From: an uncultured Gammaproteobacteria bacterium
GTDB taxonomy: Bacteria > Patescibacteriota > Patescibacteriia > VMEV01 > CAYQCH01
Assembly: GCA_964503955.1 (NCBI GenBank)
Contig: CAZDCG010000003.1
Span: 626 to 64,625 of the forward strand
Direction: 5' to 3'
Length of the DNA stretch: 64,000 nt
Shown one piece after another: positions 40,801 through 49,088 of this stretch. The notes below the pieces were generated by a model. It saw only the letters and a list, made by a program, of their open reading frames with translations, made no database searches and had not been told where the DNA came from. Each line of letters starts with the position of its first letter. Within the stretch, counting starts at the first letter, position 1. A program made the position numbers and the translations under genes.

Positions 40801-41677
40801 TCTGTACGATGTCTTCATGCTTTCCTCATCCCAGGGCTGGGCTGTAGGAGCCGGGGGTACCATTTTGGAATATGACGGCGTTTCCTGGTCTGCTATCCCT
40901 TCGCCGACGGCAGATACCTTGTACGGTGTTTATCTCGTCGACGCGAATGAAGGCTGGGCCGTAGGAGCCGGCGGTGTTATCATCTTGTGGAATGGCACAT
41001 CCTGGTCAACCGCTTCATCTCCTGTTTTGGAAGATTTATACGCGATTTCCATGGTGAGCTCCGATGAAGGCTGGGCAGTTGGAGGTTCGGGCAAAATTCT
41101 TCGTTACCTCGGGGCCGGCTGGACCGAATTTGCCGACGCGGGATCAAATGCGCTGCGGGACATAGACATGGAATCATCAACGCAAGGGCGGGTTGTCATG
41201 GATGGAGGAAGAATTCTGCGCTGGGATACCGTCACCTGGGTGCTTGATCCATCGCCGGTGACAACTGATCTGAACGCGGTTGCTTTAGCATCTGAAGATG
41301 AAGGCTGGATCATGGGTGATGGCGGAGTTATTCTTCATTTCACCATTGTCGGCGGTGTCGGGGACGGTGCGTATGTTTCGGAAGGAGAATTTCTCTCGCA
41401 TGTATTTGATTCGGATAATGCAAACACGCAATGGGAAAGGATTTACTGGCGCGAGATTCTGCCTGAAGGCACACAGGCTACGCTTGCGGTGAGAGTGGGA
41501 GATACGGCGGTACCGGACGGCACCTGGAGTGCTTTTACATCCGAATTTGATAATCCTGTTTCCATCAATTTGATCAACCTGCAGGGTAGATACGCTCAAT
41601 ACCGCATTACGCTCAGCACGACAAATACGGATTTCACTCCCCAGGTGGAGGATGTTCTGTTAACCTATAAGCCATGA
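37877..41677 (+). CDS. giant minor pilin/adhesin with beta-propeller-type repeats
   Basis: GQALVEL prepilin site; many ~42-aa WAVGxxGxIxxWxGxxW...SP repeats. Confidence 0.85.
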   Translation: MTKRITQCGQALVELLIAVGLFALFGLAIAALGFEGLIDAQGGEQRSRASFLAQEGIEAAKSIRDRGWQHLAVGAHGLATSNGYWEFSGSSETIDDLYTRTIQVSEVNRDEGEIVLVGGELDPRMRLVVSTVAWNPVFGPEQTLEIQTYLSDWNVYDWFETTDDEFDEGEAVDTVVAGSGDEALVELAAGSGGGGGSGEAEWVEGGGPYLTDTTDTDFAQGTLSQTVVSGTGVNGRVLLDTEEKWDLFNFAFGTIDMEYAAEHWAAGAGGALFEWTGSAWVQADSPVTEDLYYVHEVDDDEVYVVGENGTAIRYNGQIWENIETPTSEHLNSVAMFSTDDGIAVGDGGTILRWNGSVWTVLPSPTTRDLNDITLFSNSFGVIVGDNGTILHWDGTAWNSVTSPTPQTLYGVELFSAIDGFAVGNSGTILRWNGTNWLTFSSPINRRLDSVSFSSPTRGFTVGDGGVNLLWDGNAWTEFLSPTNKFLQSVFMISASNGWAVGQDGTVIRWNGTQWIPYIQDTGENYTAVDLVSATDAFAVGQSLGKGIIRHWDGDTWTSQSSPVNKALYGVDMVASNDVWAVGNNAAIIFYDGNSWSEVNSPVNSSFYDVSMVSAIDGFIVGSGKAILRWNGSVWSSVSSPGSNVNYNSIDMLSAIDGFIAGEKSTILRWNGTQWTLMSAPATNKNLNGVDALSANEAWIVGDAGLIWRWDGSAWSSVTSPTAKDLLDVSFVSSSLGYASGEDGTLLKWDGLSWSIVNSGTSEDLPGLSILDANTGWGVANGGTFIRLGLFYKTAGTFVSRVFDSGDPSTFWSFIRWSENSYSVASLSIATRSGNTPVPDGSWSAWSSELSDHLGDQIPSPDGRYLQYRATFSTSALYISAELLDVTITYNDPAIPYDLHDIDMVSASEGWAVGDNATMLYLDGDTWEDVSVPSTAHLYGIDMVSASEGWAVGASGNLLRYAGNVWTSIGSPTTEHLYDVFMLSSSQGWAVGAGGTILEYDGVSWSAIPSPTADTLYGVYLVDANEGWAVGAGGVIILWNGTSWSTASSPVLEDLYAISMVSSDEGWAVGGSGKILRYLGAGWTEFADAGSNALRDIDMESSTQGRVVMDGGRILRWDTVTWVLDPSPVTTDLNAVALASEDEGWIMGDGGVILHFTIVGGVGDGAYVSEGEFLSHVFDSDNANTQWERIYWREILPEGTQATLAVRVGDTAVPDGTWSAFTSEFDNPVSINLINLQGRYAQYRITLSTTNTDFTPQVEDVLLTYKP

Positions 41678-42201
41678 CCGCATCACGCGCGCAATCCGGA
41701 TTTTCCCTGATCGAGTTGATCATTTACGTCGCACTGGTAAGTATCATCGTGACGGGATTTGTCAGTTTCGCGATTGATTTAGCAGCTTCATCGCAAAAAG
41801 CAAAGGTGCAGCTGCAGGTGCAGCAAAACGCGCGCTTTGCCATGGAAACGATCTTGCGGGAAATCAGGCAAGCGCAAGGTTTAGACGAGCTCAATTCCAC
41901 CTTTGGCGCGCATCCCGGCGCCATAACGCTTGAACAGGCTGATCCTCTGAACGATCCGACTGTCATAGACGTGGAAAATGGTATACTGAGAATCATGCGA
42001 GGTGCTCAAGGTACGGAGGAAATCACCGACGAATCGCTTGAGATTACAGATCTTGTCTTTGAAAATCTCAGCACCCCCGGCCGCGTGCAAGTTCTCCGTG
42101 TCGCATTGACCTTGCGGCATGCAAATCCGGATCAGTCTGAAATTTTTGAGGCTGACTCCACGCTTTATGGAACAGCTGTTATCCGTACTCAGCAAGAATA
42201 A
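41674..42201 (+). CDS. minor pilin (PilW-like)
   Basis: GFSLIEL. Confidence 0.88.
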   Translation: MTASRAQSGFSLIELIIYVALVSIIVTGFVSFAIDLAASSQKAKVQLQVQQNARFAMETILREIRQAQGLDELNSTFGAHPGAITLEQADPLNDPTVIDVENGILRIMRGAQGTEEITDESLEITDLVFENLSTPGRVQVLRVALTLRHANPDQSEIFEADSTLYGTAVIRTQQE

Positions 42202-42586
42202 GCCCGCGGGGTATCTCGGCGTCGTTTCGGTATTGATTATCGCGATCATCTCGCTTGCCGTCGTGATCGGCGTTACGATTTTAGGCAATAATGAATTGTT
42301 CTACGGCTACCAGTTTGATCAGTCAAACCAGGCCCTGCAGCTGGCGGATGCTTGCGCGGAGGAAGCGTATCTTCGTTTGAAGTTGGATGCCTCATACACC
42401 GGAGGAGCGCTTTCCTTTACAAACGGGGAATGCGAAGTGTCGGTCATGGGTATTGGCACCAGCCGGACGCTTACCGCTGAGGCGGTTGTGGGCGCGGCAA
42501 CAAGGACGCTTGAATTGGAGGTTGATTTACTCGCTAATGCAGACGCGACGGCTGAGGGCATTGATCTTACGCAGTGGAAAGAATAA
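42167..42586 (+). CDS. PilX-like minor pilin
   Basis: GYLGVVSV hydrophobic helix without E5; ALQLADACAEEA. Confidence 0.75.
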   Translation: MEQLLSVLSKNKPAGYLGVVSVLIIAIISLAVVIGVTILGNNELFYGYQFDQSNQALQLADACAEEAYLRLKLDASYTGGALSFTNGECEVSVMGIGTSRTLTAEAVVGAATRTLELEVDLLANADATAEGIDLTQWKE

Positions 42587-42588
42587 GT

Positions 42589-43710
42589 ATGAAATGGATT
42601 CATGTATTTTCGAAACGAAAGGGATATATCGGTCTGCATATCACATCCGATATGCTTACGGCTGTCCAGCTGATCGGCAAACCATCCGGCAATGAATATG
42701 CCATTGCGGGGTGGTCCAAAGTTCCGCTTCACCGCGACACCATTGTTTCAGGCAAGCTCGCCGACAGCGATGCCTTGGTAGAAGCGTTGCGCCGGTTCAG
42801 AGAAAAACCGGATTTCGGATCCTTTACAAATGCGCCGGTGATTTTTTCTTTTCCCGAACACCAGTGTTTCCATACGACGTTTCAGATGAAAAAGGCTGAA
42901 GTCAAATCGCCAAGAGCGTCCGCGCTTGAAAAAACAACCTTGTCAGTGCCGTTCGCCGCAGATGATCTCTTCTGGGATTGGACCATTGTCCGGCAGAATC
43001 AATCGTTCAGTTCTTTTTACTCGATCGCTATTCCCCGCGATGTATTGATGCCGTACCGTGCCGCGTTTGCAAAAGCGCAAATCGATGTGAAAGTTGTCGA
43101 GCCCGAAATACTTTCTTCAACAAGATTCTATTTCCGTCGTTCCGTTTTCCCCGAACCTGTTTTATACGCGACCATTGGCCGGGAAGAAGTGGCTGTTGCC
43201 ACGCTCGATGAAAACGGCATTCACCAATCATCCGTTATTGAAGATGAAGGGATCGACCACTGGGCCGGCAGGATTGCCGCTGATCTGGGCGTGAAGCAAG
43301 AAGCCGCGGAAAAAGCATTGTTCAAAGCGGGGGTGCGGCCGCTCAGCCACCCTAAAGCCAAGCCGATTCAGAAATGCCTGTCTGCGGCGCAAAAGCGCAT
43401 CTTGCAGGAATTTGTGGAACACAAAGAATTTTATGATCAGCTTGCTCATGAGCAGAAAAAACAAATCACGAGAATTCTGTTGAACGGAGAAGGTGTCTTT
43501 ATTCCTGAATTTATCCAGTCTTTGCAAAAGCAATCGGGAATGCATCTGGTTCAGCTCACGCCCTGGGCAAAGTACAAACCTGAGCTGACGCTGGTGCAGG
43601 AAGGGGTAATGTCTCAGGCATTCGGCGCGGCAATAAGAGGCATTTATCGCGAGAATGCGTCAAAAGGCATTAATGTGCTTCGTTCCGCTCTGCCGATTGA
43701 ACCGGTCTAG
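42589..43710 (+). CDS. pilM: PilM-like actin-fold pilus assembly protein
   Basis: YIGLHI, ILLNGEG, AFGAAIR; operon context. Confidence 0.75.
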   Translation: MKWIHVFSKRKGYIGLHITSDMLTAVQLIGKPSGNEYAIAGWSKVPLHRDTIVSGKLADSDALVEALRRFREKPDFGSFTNAPVIFSFPEHQCFHTTFQMKKAEVKSPRASALEKTTLSVPFAADDLFWDWTIVRQNQSFSSFYSIAIPRDVLMPYRAAFAKAQIDVKVVEPEILSSTRFYFRRSVFPEPVLYATIGREEVAVATLDENGIHQSSVIEDEGIDHWAGRIAADLGVKQEAAEKALFKAGVRPLSHPKAKPIQKCLSAAQKRILQEFVEHKEFYDQLAHEQKKQITRILLNGEGVFIPEFIQSLQKQSGMHLVQLTPWAKYKPELTLVQEGVMSQAFGAAIRGIYRENASKGINVLRSALPIEPV

Positions 43711-43767
43711 TCCACAGGTTGGGTTGCCGTTCATTTCGTGATTTTGGTATACTTAGGCACAAGGATT

Positions 43768-44241
43768 ATGCAAAATAGCCGAAAAGGATTTACGCTCATT
43801 GAACTGCTGGTTGTCATCGTCATTATTGGCTTGCTTGCATCCATTGTCTTTGTCGCCATTGATCCTGCGCAGCGATTTGCCGATGTGCGCGACGCGAGGA
43901 GAAGGGCGGAAACGGTTTCGCTGTTGAATGCGATTCTGAAATATCAGATTGACCATGACGGCGACTTGCCGGCCGGGATCGATTCCGATCCGGGTACGGC
44001 GCAGGTGCTGGGGACCGCACCTTCCGGCTGCGACGCCTCATGCACGGCCATTGCGACCGAAGAAGCTTGTCTTGATGTAACCGCGGCTCTGGTTGATGAA
44101 TACCTTGCTTCTATTCCAATGGATCCAGATACAGGCACGGTCACAAATACGGATTATTATGTGAATCGTTCCGCGACCGGGCGCATCACGATAGGAGCTT
44201 GTGATCCTGAAAGCGCGCCGCAAATCAGCATTTCCCGATAA
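43768..44241 (+). CDS. type IV pilin, paralogue 1
   Basis: GFTLIELLVVIVIIG. Confidence 0.93.
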   Translation: MQNSRKGFTLIELLVVIVIIGLLASIVFVAIDPAQRFADVRDARRRAETVSLLNAILKYQIDHDGDLPAGIDSDPGTAQVLGTAPSGCDASCTAIATEEACLDVTAALVDEYLASIPMDPDTGTVTNTDYYVNRSATGRITIGACDPESAPQISISR

Positions 44242-44264
44242 CTAAACGTCCTAATCTTATTCCT

Positions 44265-44756
44265 ATGCATGACAAAAAACAAAAAGGGTTCACCCTCATT
44301 GAACTTCTGGTGGTGATCGTCATCATCGGTCTTTTGGCCGCAATCATTTTCGTGGCGGTTGACCCGGCTCAGCGATTCGGTGACGCGCGAGACGCGCGGC
44401 GCCGCGCGGAAGTGGTCTCTATTTTGAATGCGGTATTGAAGTACCAGGTCGATCATGACGGTGACCTGCCGGCTGATATTGATGCGACACCTGGAACCTA
44501 TCAGATACTTGGAATAGATGCTTCGGGCTGCAGTGCGGCTTGTGGGGGCTTTCTTGCCGCCGCAGTGGAAGATGAGTGTCTTGATCTTACCGATGATCTT
44601 GTGACGACGGGAGGGTATCTGGCTTCCATTCCAATGGATCCGGATACCGGTGACGCGAATAATACGCGATATTATCTTAACCAGACAACAAACGGTCGTA
44701 TCACCGTTGGAGCGTGCGATCCTGAAAACGCTACGGCAATCAGTGTATCGCGTTAA
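44265..44756 (+). CDS. type IV pilin, paralogue 2
   Basis: GFTLIELLVVIVIIG. Confidence 0.93.
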   Translation: MHDKKQKGFTLIELLVVIVIIGLLAAIIFVAVDPAQRFGDARDARRRAEVVSILNAVLKYQVDHDGDLPADIDATPGTYQILGIDASGCSAACGGFLAAAVEDECLDLTDDLVTTGGYLASIPMDPDTGDANNTRYYLNQTTNGRITVGACDPENATAISVSR

Positions 44757-44768
44757 TCTTAGATCTCT

Positions 44769-45239
44769 ATGTACAAATCTGAACAAAAAGGTTTCACTCT
44801 CATCGAATTATTGGTTGTGATCGTCATTATCGGGCTTTTAGCTGCGATCATTTTCGTAGCGGTAGATCCGGCAAAACGTTTCGGAGATGCACGTGATGCA
44901 CGCCGCCGCGCGGAAGTGGTCTCTATTTTGAATGCGGTATTGAAACATCAGGTAGACCATGACGGCGATTTGCCGGCGGGAATCGATGCTACAGTGAGGC
45001 AGCTTGGTACCGGTTCTGCATGCGATACCTGTCCAAAAGGAGGTGCTACCCCAGCTACATGTTTGAATTTGGCAGGTGATTTAGTTGATGAATATCTCGC
45101 TTCGATTCCGATGGACCCTGACGCAGCTTTTGGTTCTGCAGCAGCAACTGGTTATTATATCCAACGTACCGCCAATGGACGCCTGACCGTCGGTTCGTGC
45201 AATACTGATAATGCAACCGCGATCAGCGTGTCTCGATAA
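44769..45239 (+). CDS. type IV pilin, paralogue 3
   Basis: GFTLIELLVVIVIIG. Confidence 0.93.
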   Translation: MYKSEQKGFTLIELLVVIVIIGLLAAIIFVAVDPAKRFGDARDARRRAEVVSILNAVLKHQVDHDGDLPAGIDATVRQLGTGSACDTCPKGGATPATCLNLAGDLVDEYLASIPMDPDAAFGSAAATGYYIQRTANGRLTVGSCNTDNATAISVSR

Positions 45240-45385
45240 GACGCCAAACCACTTACAAACAAAAGAGCCTCCTGACCATCAGGGGGCTTTTTGTTCTTTG
45301 TTAACGTGTTGATGGGTTGAGATTTGTGGGTGTTTATATCGAGAACCCCCTTTGTATGTTTTCTGATGCTTGATAGTAGATTCAA

Positions 45386-45440
45386 TCCCCCTTTTCTAGG
45401 GGGAGGAGAGAGTAACTTCCCCCTCTAGAAAAGAGGGGGC
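45386..45440. repeat. inverted doublet of REP-like palindrome family B
   Basis: cccccttttctaggggg ... cccctctagaaaagagggg. Confidence 0.75.
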
Positions 45441-45497
45441 GAACTATTTTACGAACAGGCATAAATATGGCGGGGAGTTCTGGGTGCGTTGCTTTAC

Positions 45498-46259
45498 CTA
45501 ACCCGCCTGATCAAAAGGACCGTTTTTTAAGCCAAGCGCTTTAGCCGCGTTTCCGCCCTGGCAGACGATTTCAAGAAATCGTTTATTGCCGATGCCCGAA
45601 CTTCCCGTAACAATGGCGCATTCGCCGTCAGGTACGTCTTTGAGGCGTTCATAATGCGGCAAGTCGATTGGCATTTCTTCTCCGTGCAGCAGAGATGTTT
45701 TTGCATTGCCAAAATTATCAATCCACCAGACGCCTGGTATTGGATCAGCAATCTCGCTGACCGGCATTGGCGTGGCGGGCAAATCAATGCCGTTTAACAG
45801 CCAGGCTGCAGCGCGCGGAGTGAATTGAAAACTGCGGAATTGGGTCTGGCTGATCTCATTTGCCAATTCAGCAGACAAGCTGCCGGATTCCGCAAGGCTG
45901 TTTACCACGGTTGGAATGTCAAAGACATGAATCGTATCGACCAGGCCAAGCTTTTTCACCAGGGACAGCGTCTGCCCGTCGATGCTTGTCACACAAAGCG
46001 TTTTGCCATGGAAAAAGTATCCAAACGGCGTTCCATTGGGCCATTTCTTTGCCTTGCCGTTTCGGGGTGCCACGTTCACAAGAACAACGCCTTTGCCGCC
46101 TTCAGCGGCGTCCAGCATATCGATGAGATTTCCCGCCGCTTCAAGATCCGTTTTCACGCCAACGGTCTGAACAGGGCAGCCAAGCAAAGCAGCTGCGCGG
46201 GTTGCCTGGCGCCCGAACGCGTTTTCATCCTTGCAATCATTGATAATGGTGCAAAACAT
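45498..46259 (-). CDS. SAM hydroxide adenosyltransferase / halogenase (DUF62) family protein, divergent
   Basis: WIDNFGN and GSSG...LEIVCQGGNAAKALGL C-terminal motifs. Confidence 0.8.
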   Translation of the reverse strand: MFCTIINDCKDENAFGRQATRAAALLGCPVQTVGVKTDLEAAGNLIDMLDAAEGGKGVVLVNVAPRNGKAKKWPNGTPFGYFFHGKTLCVTSIDGQTLSLVKKLGLVDTIHVFDIPTVVNSLAESGSLSAELANEISQTQFRSFQFTPRAAAWLLNGIDLPATPMPVSEIADPIPGVWWIDNFGNAKTSLLHGEEMPIDLPHYERLKDVPDGECAIVTGSSGIGNKRFLEIVCQGGNAAKALGLKNGPFDQAG

Positions 46260-46265
46260 AGAAAT

Positions 46266-46286
46266 AAAAACAGCCGTTTTCGGCTG
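46266..46286 (-). terminator. attenuator terminator directly before the DUF62 start codon
   Basis: CAGCCG-AAAA-CGGCTG-TTTTT, 6 nt before ATG 46259. Confidence 0.8.
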
Positions 46287-46317
46287 AGCTAATGATCAAA
46301 CGAGAGGATCACCAATC

Positions 46318-46374
46318 TCAACCGCAAAGCGGCCGGGACATCATTGTCATCATGTTGTATGAAAGCTTGTTCAT
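46318..46374 (-). CDS. Met-rich leader peptide MNKLSYNMMTMMSRPLCG
   Basis: hand translation; four ATG in five consecutive codons; lies between promoter and terminator. Confidence 0.8.
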   Translation of the reverse strand: MNKLSYNMMTMMSRPLCG

Positions 46375-46385
46375 AAGACGATCGG

Positions 46386-46414
46386 ATCATACCAAGGCAA
46401 AAAGCTTTTGACAA
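46386..46414 (-). promoter_or_regulatory. sigma70-type promoter of the Met leader
   Basis: TTGTCA-17nt-TATGAT with extended TG, 11 nt before leader ATG. Confidence 0.75.
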
Positions 46415-46548
46415 TGTGGAAATAGTTTTCTGCCAGAGACACTGGCGTATGATGATCAAACCTCATTGATGAAACAGCCGGATCAACTACCTCCAAAGGG
46501 TGCGCGATCCGGCCGCTGAACTGTTTCTGACGAATACAAAGGGAGATG

Positions 46549-48255
46549 CTACTTTTGTTTGAATTTTGTTTTTTTGCGGGCAGGTTTTTTAGACAATTGC
46601 GCGATCTGAACCATAGAGATAGGACAGCCAATTGACTGCAGCGCTTCATGCGTATGGTCAAAAACCTCGCCTGAGGCGGCTTTACGCTGATACCAGTTTT
46701 CCTGAGACAAAAGCGGCAGAATCAGCGGGCCGGGCGCGCTGATCAGCACGGTGATTTTGCGGTCTTCAAGCATTTGAACAATTTCCGCCAAATGATCCAG
46801 CCCGTCCACGTCAAGATAAAAGAGGCTGCGCAAGCTCAGAACAATGGTTTGAACCGAAGATGGAACCTGCCGCAACGTTTCAAGATGCGACTGCGCGTTG
46901 ATATAGGTCATCTGCCCCGAAAAGCGGTAGACCAGCAGATCGGCGCAACTTGATTCCAACTCTTCATTGGATAGGGGCGGAGTAAGGCGCGCGATGATTT
47001 CCTTGTTTTTGTTTAAGGTCAGTTCGCTTTGCGCGCGCGAAAGCTTTTTGACAAAGAACAGCAATGAAGCCGTTGAGCCGACGAGAATACCAATGATCGG
47101 GTCTTCCACCACGGTAATCAAGGCCACCAGCAGCGAGAGTCCAAAGGCCACGCGGTCGTATTTGAACAAATGCGCGAAATGCTGGGCTTCAATCATGCGC
47201 ACCGCCACATACACAAGAATTGCCGCCACAAAAGACAGGGGCAGATACTTAAAGCTTGTCAGCAAAAGCAAGGAGATCAGCCCGATCATGATGCTTGAGA
47301 CCATGGATGAAGTCCGGTGATTCGCGCCGCTTTTTACATTCAGGGCCGTGCGCGCAAGGGCTGCCGTGGCAGGAATGCCTCCTGCTAAACCGCTCGCCAT
47401 ATTAGCCATGCCAAGGCCGAACATTTCCTTGCGGGGTTGAAATTTCGTTTTCGTCATCCCATCGGCAATTTTTGCAGATAGCAGGGTTTCAATAATGGCG
47501 ATCAGAGCCACGGCCATTGCCGTGACAAAGAGCTGCTTGGAAAATCCAGACATGCTTAGAACAGGCATTTGCCAGAGATTTGCGGAAATATCGCCGAATT
47601 TTGTTGAAAGCGTCTGCAGGGTAAACGGCAGCGCGCCAATGGAAGACAAATATCCTAGCAGAATACCAACGGGAGCAAGCAGGATCGGGCCGGGGAATTT
47701 CGGCGCGATTTTCAGCCACACAAAGAGAAAGGTTGTGCTGAGCGCAAAAATAGCAAAGGTAACCGGGTCAATAGATCCAAGATGCCGCAGGGATTCAATC
47801 AGATTGGAGATGAATTTCTCATGCGACGGCAAGGCAGGCAGACCCAAGGCGAAATTGAGCTGTCCAAGCGCGATAATACAAGCCACGCCAAGGGTAAAGC
47901 CATGAATCACGCTTGAGGGGATAAAAATGATATAGCGTTCAAGCCGCAACAGGAAGCTGACAAAAATCATCGCCCCGCTGACAATCGCCAGCATAGGCAG
48001 GCTTTGCGCTCCATTGGTAATGGCATAGGCAGCCAGTATTCCGGACAATGCGCCGGTCGGCCCCACGATATTGTAATGGCTTCCTCCAAGAAAAGCGGCC
48101 ACAAGTCCCGCCCAGAAGGCGGTGATAATACCCATGGTCGGGGTGGCATTGGCCGCGATTGCCAGCGAGATGGAAAGAGGGATGGAGACCAGAGAAACAG
48201 TAAGTCCTGACTTCCAGTTCTGTTTCAATCTCGTGGCGATAGTATGTGCATGCAT
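46549..48255 (-). CDS. SulP family anion transporter with STAS domain
   Basis: PLSISLAIA, VGPTGA, PATAALART, C-terminal STAS (YLDVDGL). Confidence 0.93.
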   Translation of the reverse strand: MHAHTIATRLKQNWKSGLTVSLVSIPLSISLAIAANATPTMGIITAFWAGLVAAFLGGSHYNIVGPTGALSGILAAYAITNGAQSLPMLAIVSGAMIFVSFLLRLERYIIFIPSSVIHGFTLGVACIIALGQLNFALGLPALPSHEKFISNLIESLRHLGSIDPVTFAIFALSTTFLFVWLKIAPKFPGPILLAPVGILLGYLSSIGALPFTLQTLSTKFGDISANLWQMPVLSMSGFSKQLFVTAMAVALIAIIETLLSAKIADGMTKTKFQPRKEMFGLGMANMASGLAGGIPATAALARTALNVKSGANHRTSSMVSSIMIGLISLLLLTSFKYLPLSFVAAILVYVAVRMIEAQHFAHLFKYDRVAFGLSLLVALITVVEDPIIGILVGSTASLLFFVKKLSRAQSELTLNKNKEIIARLTPPLSNEELESSCADLLVYRFSGQMTYINAQSHLETLRQVPSSVQTIVLSLRSLFYLDVDGLDHLAEIVQMLEDRKITVLISAPGPLILPLLSQENWYQRKAASGEVFDHTHEALQSIGCPISMVQIAQLSKKPARKKTKFKQK

Positions 48256-48378
48256 AAAAAAAGAAACGCGAGGGCGTATGCCTTGCGCTTCAGAAAAGTA
48301 AATTGTACGAGACGAGATTGTGAAGCAAGCTTAGCGCAAGGTTGGGAAAAAGGGAAGAGAGGATTCTGCAGACCTAAA

Positions 48379-48897
48379 TCAAACAACCACGATGTCTGTT
48401 GGGTCGATTTGAACGGGAGCCTTTACAAGGACGTGGGCAACAAAGGGAAAGAGAAGCGGTCTCAGTCTCTTTACATAGGCTTCTTTGTAGTAAACTTTTG
48501 TGCGTTCAGGAAGAATCGCGGCCTGTGCAAGGGTTGTGGCATCCAGCGGCACAATTTCCTCTTCATCGATGTGATCCTGTTCTTCTTTGTAAAGATAGAT
48601 CATTGAAGACTCAGGCAATGTGGAGGGATCAATCTCAAAGAACCGCATCTCAGGAGGATTGCCACCGGCTACAATCAGCGCCTGCTTGATGACCCGCGGA
48701 TCAATCGCGGTAAAGTGTAAAACATCATTCCATTTACAATTCAGTTTTGGAATGAATTGTTCCATGACCTCTTTACGCCCTTCATATTTAGAAATCTCTT
48801 CACGATAAAGATCAGGATACAAATCCTTCAGCTGATTAAGCGGGTAAAGCGTATCTCCCCGCATGTTATCGGGGACGAGATGGAAGATGTGGGGCAT
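48379..48897 (-). CDS. hypothetical protein
   Basis: 172 aa; HLVP...LYPLN, KYEGR, WNDVLH. Confidence 0.7.
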   Translation of the reverse strand: MPHIFHLVPDNMRGDTLYPLNQLKDLYPDLYREEISKYEGRKEVMEQFIPKLNCKWNDVLHFTAIDPRVIKQALIVAGGNPPEMRFFEIDPSTLPESSMIYLYKEEQDHIDEEEIVPLDATTLAQAAILPERTKVYYKEAYVKRLRPLLFPFVAHVLVKAPVQIDPTDIVVV

Positions 48898-48955
48898 AGG
48901 GTAGAACCTGGTTTAGATCTAGATGTGGATTTAGAAACGAGAGATAGATTTCCAT

Positions 48956-48985
48956 AAAAAACTCCAGCATCTGCTGGAGTTTTTT
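48956..48985 (-). terminator. intrinsic terminator after tRNA pair
   Basis: aaaaaactccagca-tc-tgctggagtttttt. Confidence 0.8.
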
Positions 48986-48986
48986 A

Positions 48987-49063
48987 TGGTGGACCTGAGG
49001 GGACTTGAACCCCTGGCCTCTTCCATGCCATGGAAGCGCTCTAGCCAACTGAGCTACAGGCCC
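48987..49063 (-). tRNA. tRNA-Ala (GGC)
   Basis: anticodon arm CTTCC-ATGGCAT-GGAAG, G3-U70 pair, encoded CCA. Confidence 0.95.
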
Positions 49064-49088
49064 ATGGTGCGGGGCTTGCACAACTCAG

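Noticed and set aside
43768-45239. Diversity-generating retroelement acting on pilins or adhesin
   Set aside because: No reverse transcriptase and no template/variable repeat pair with adenine-specific differences seen.
46260-46414. SAM riboswitch or T-box upstream of the DUF62 gene
   Set aside because: No SAM-I core or T-box consensus; the short leader is fully explained by the uORF and paired hairpins.
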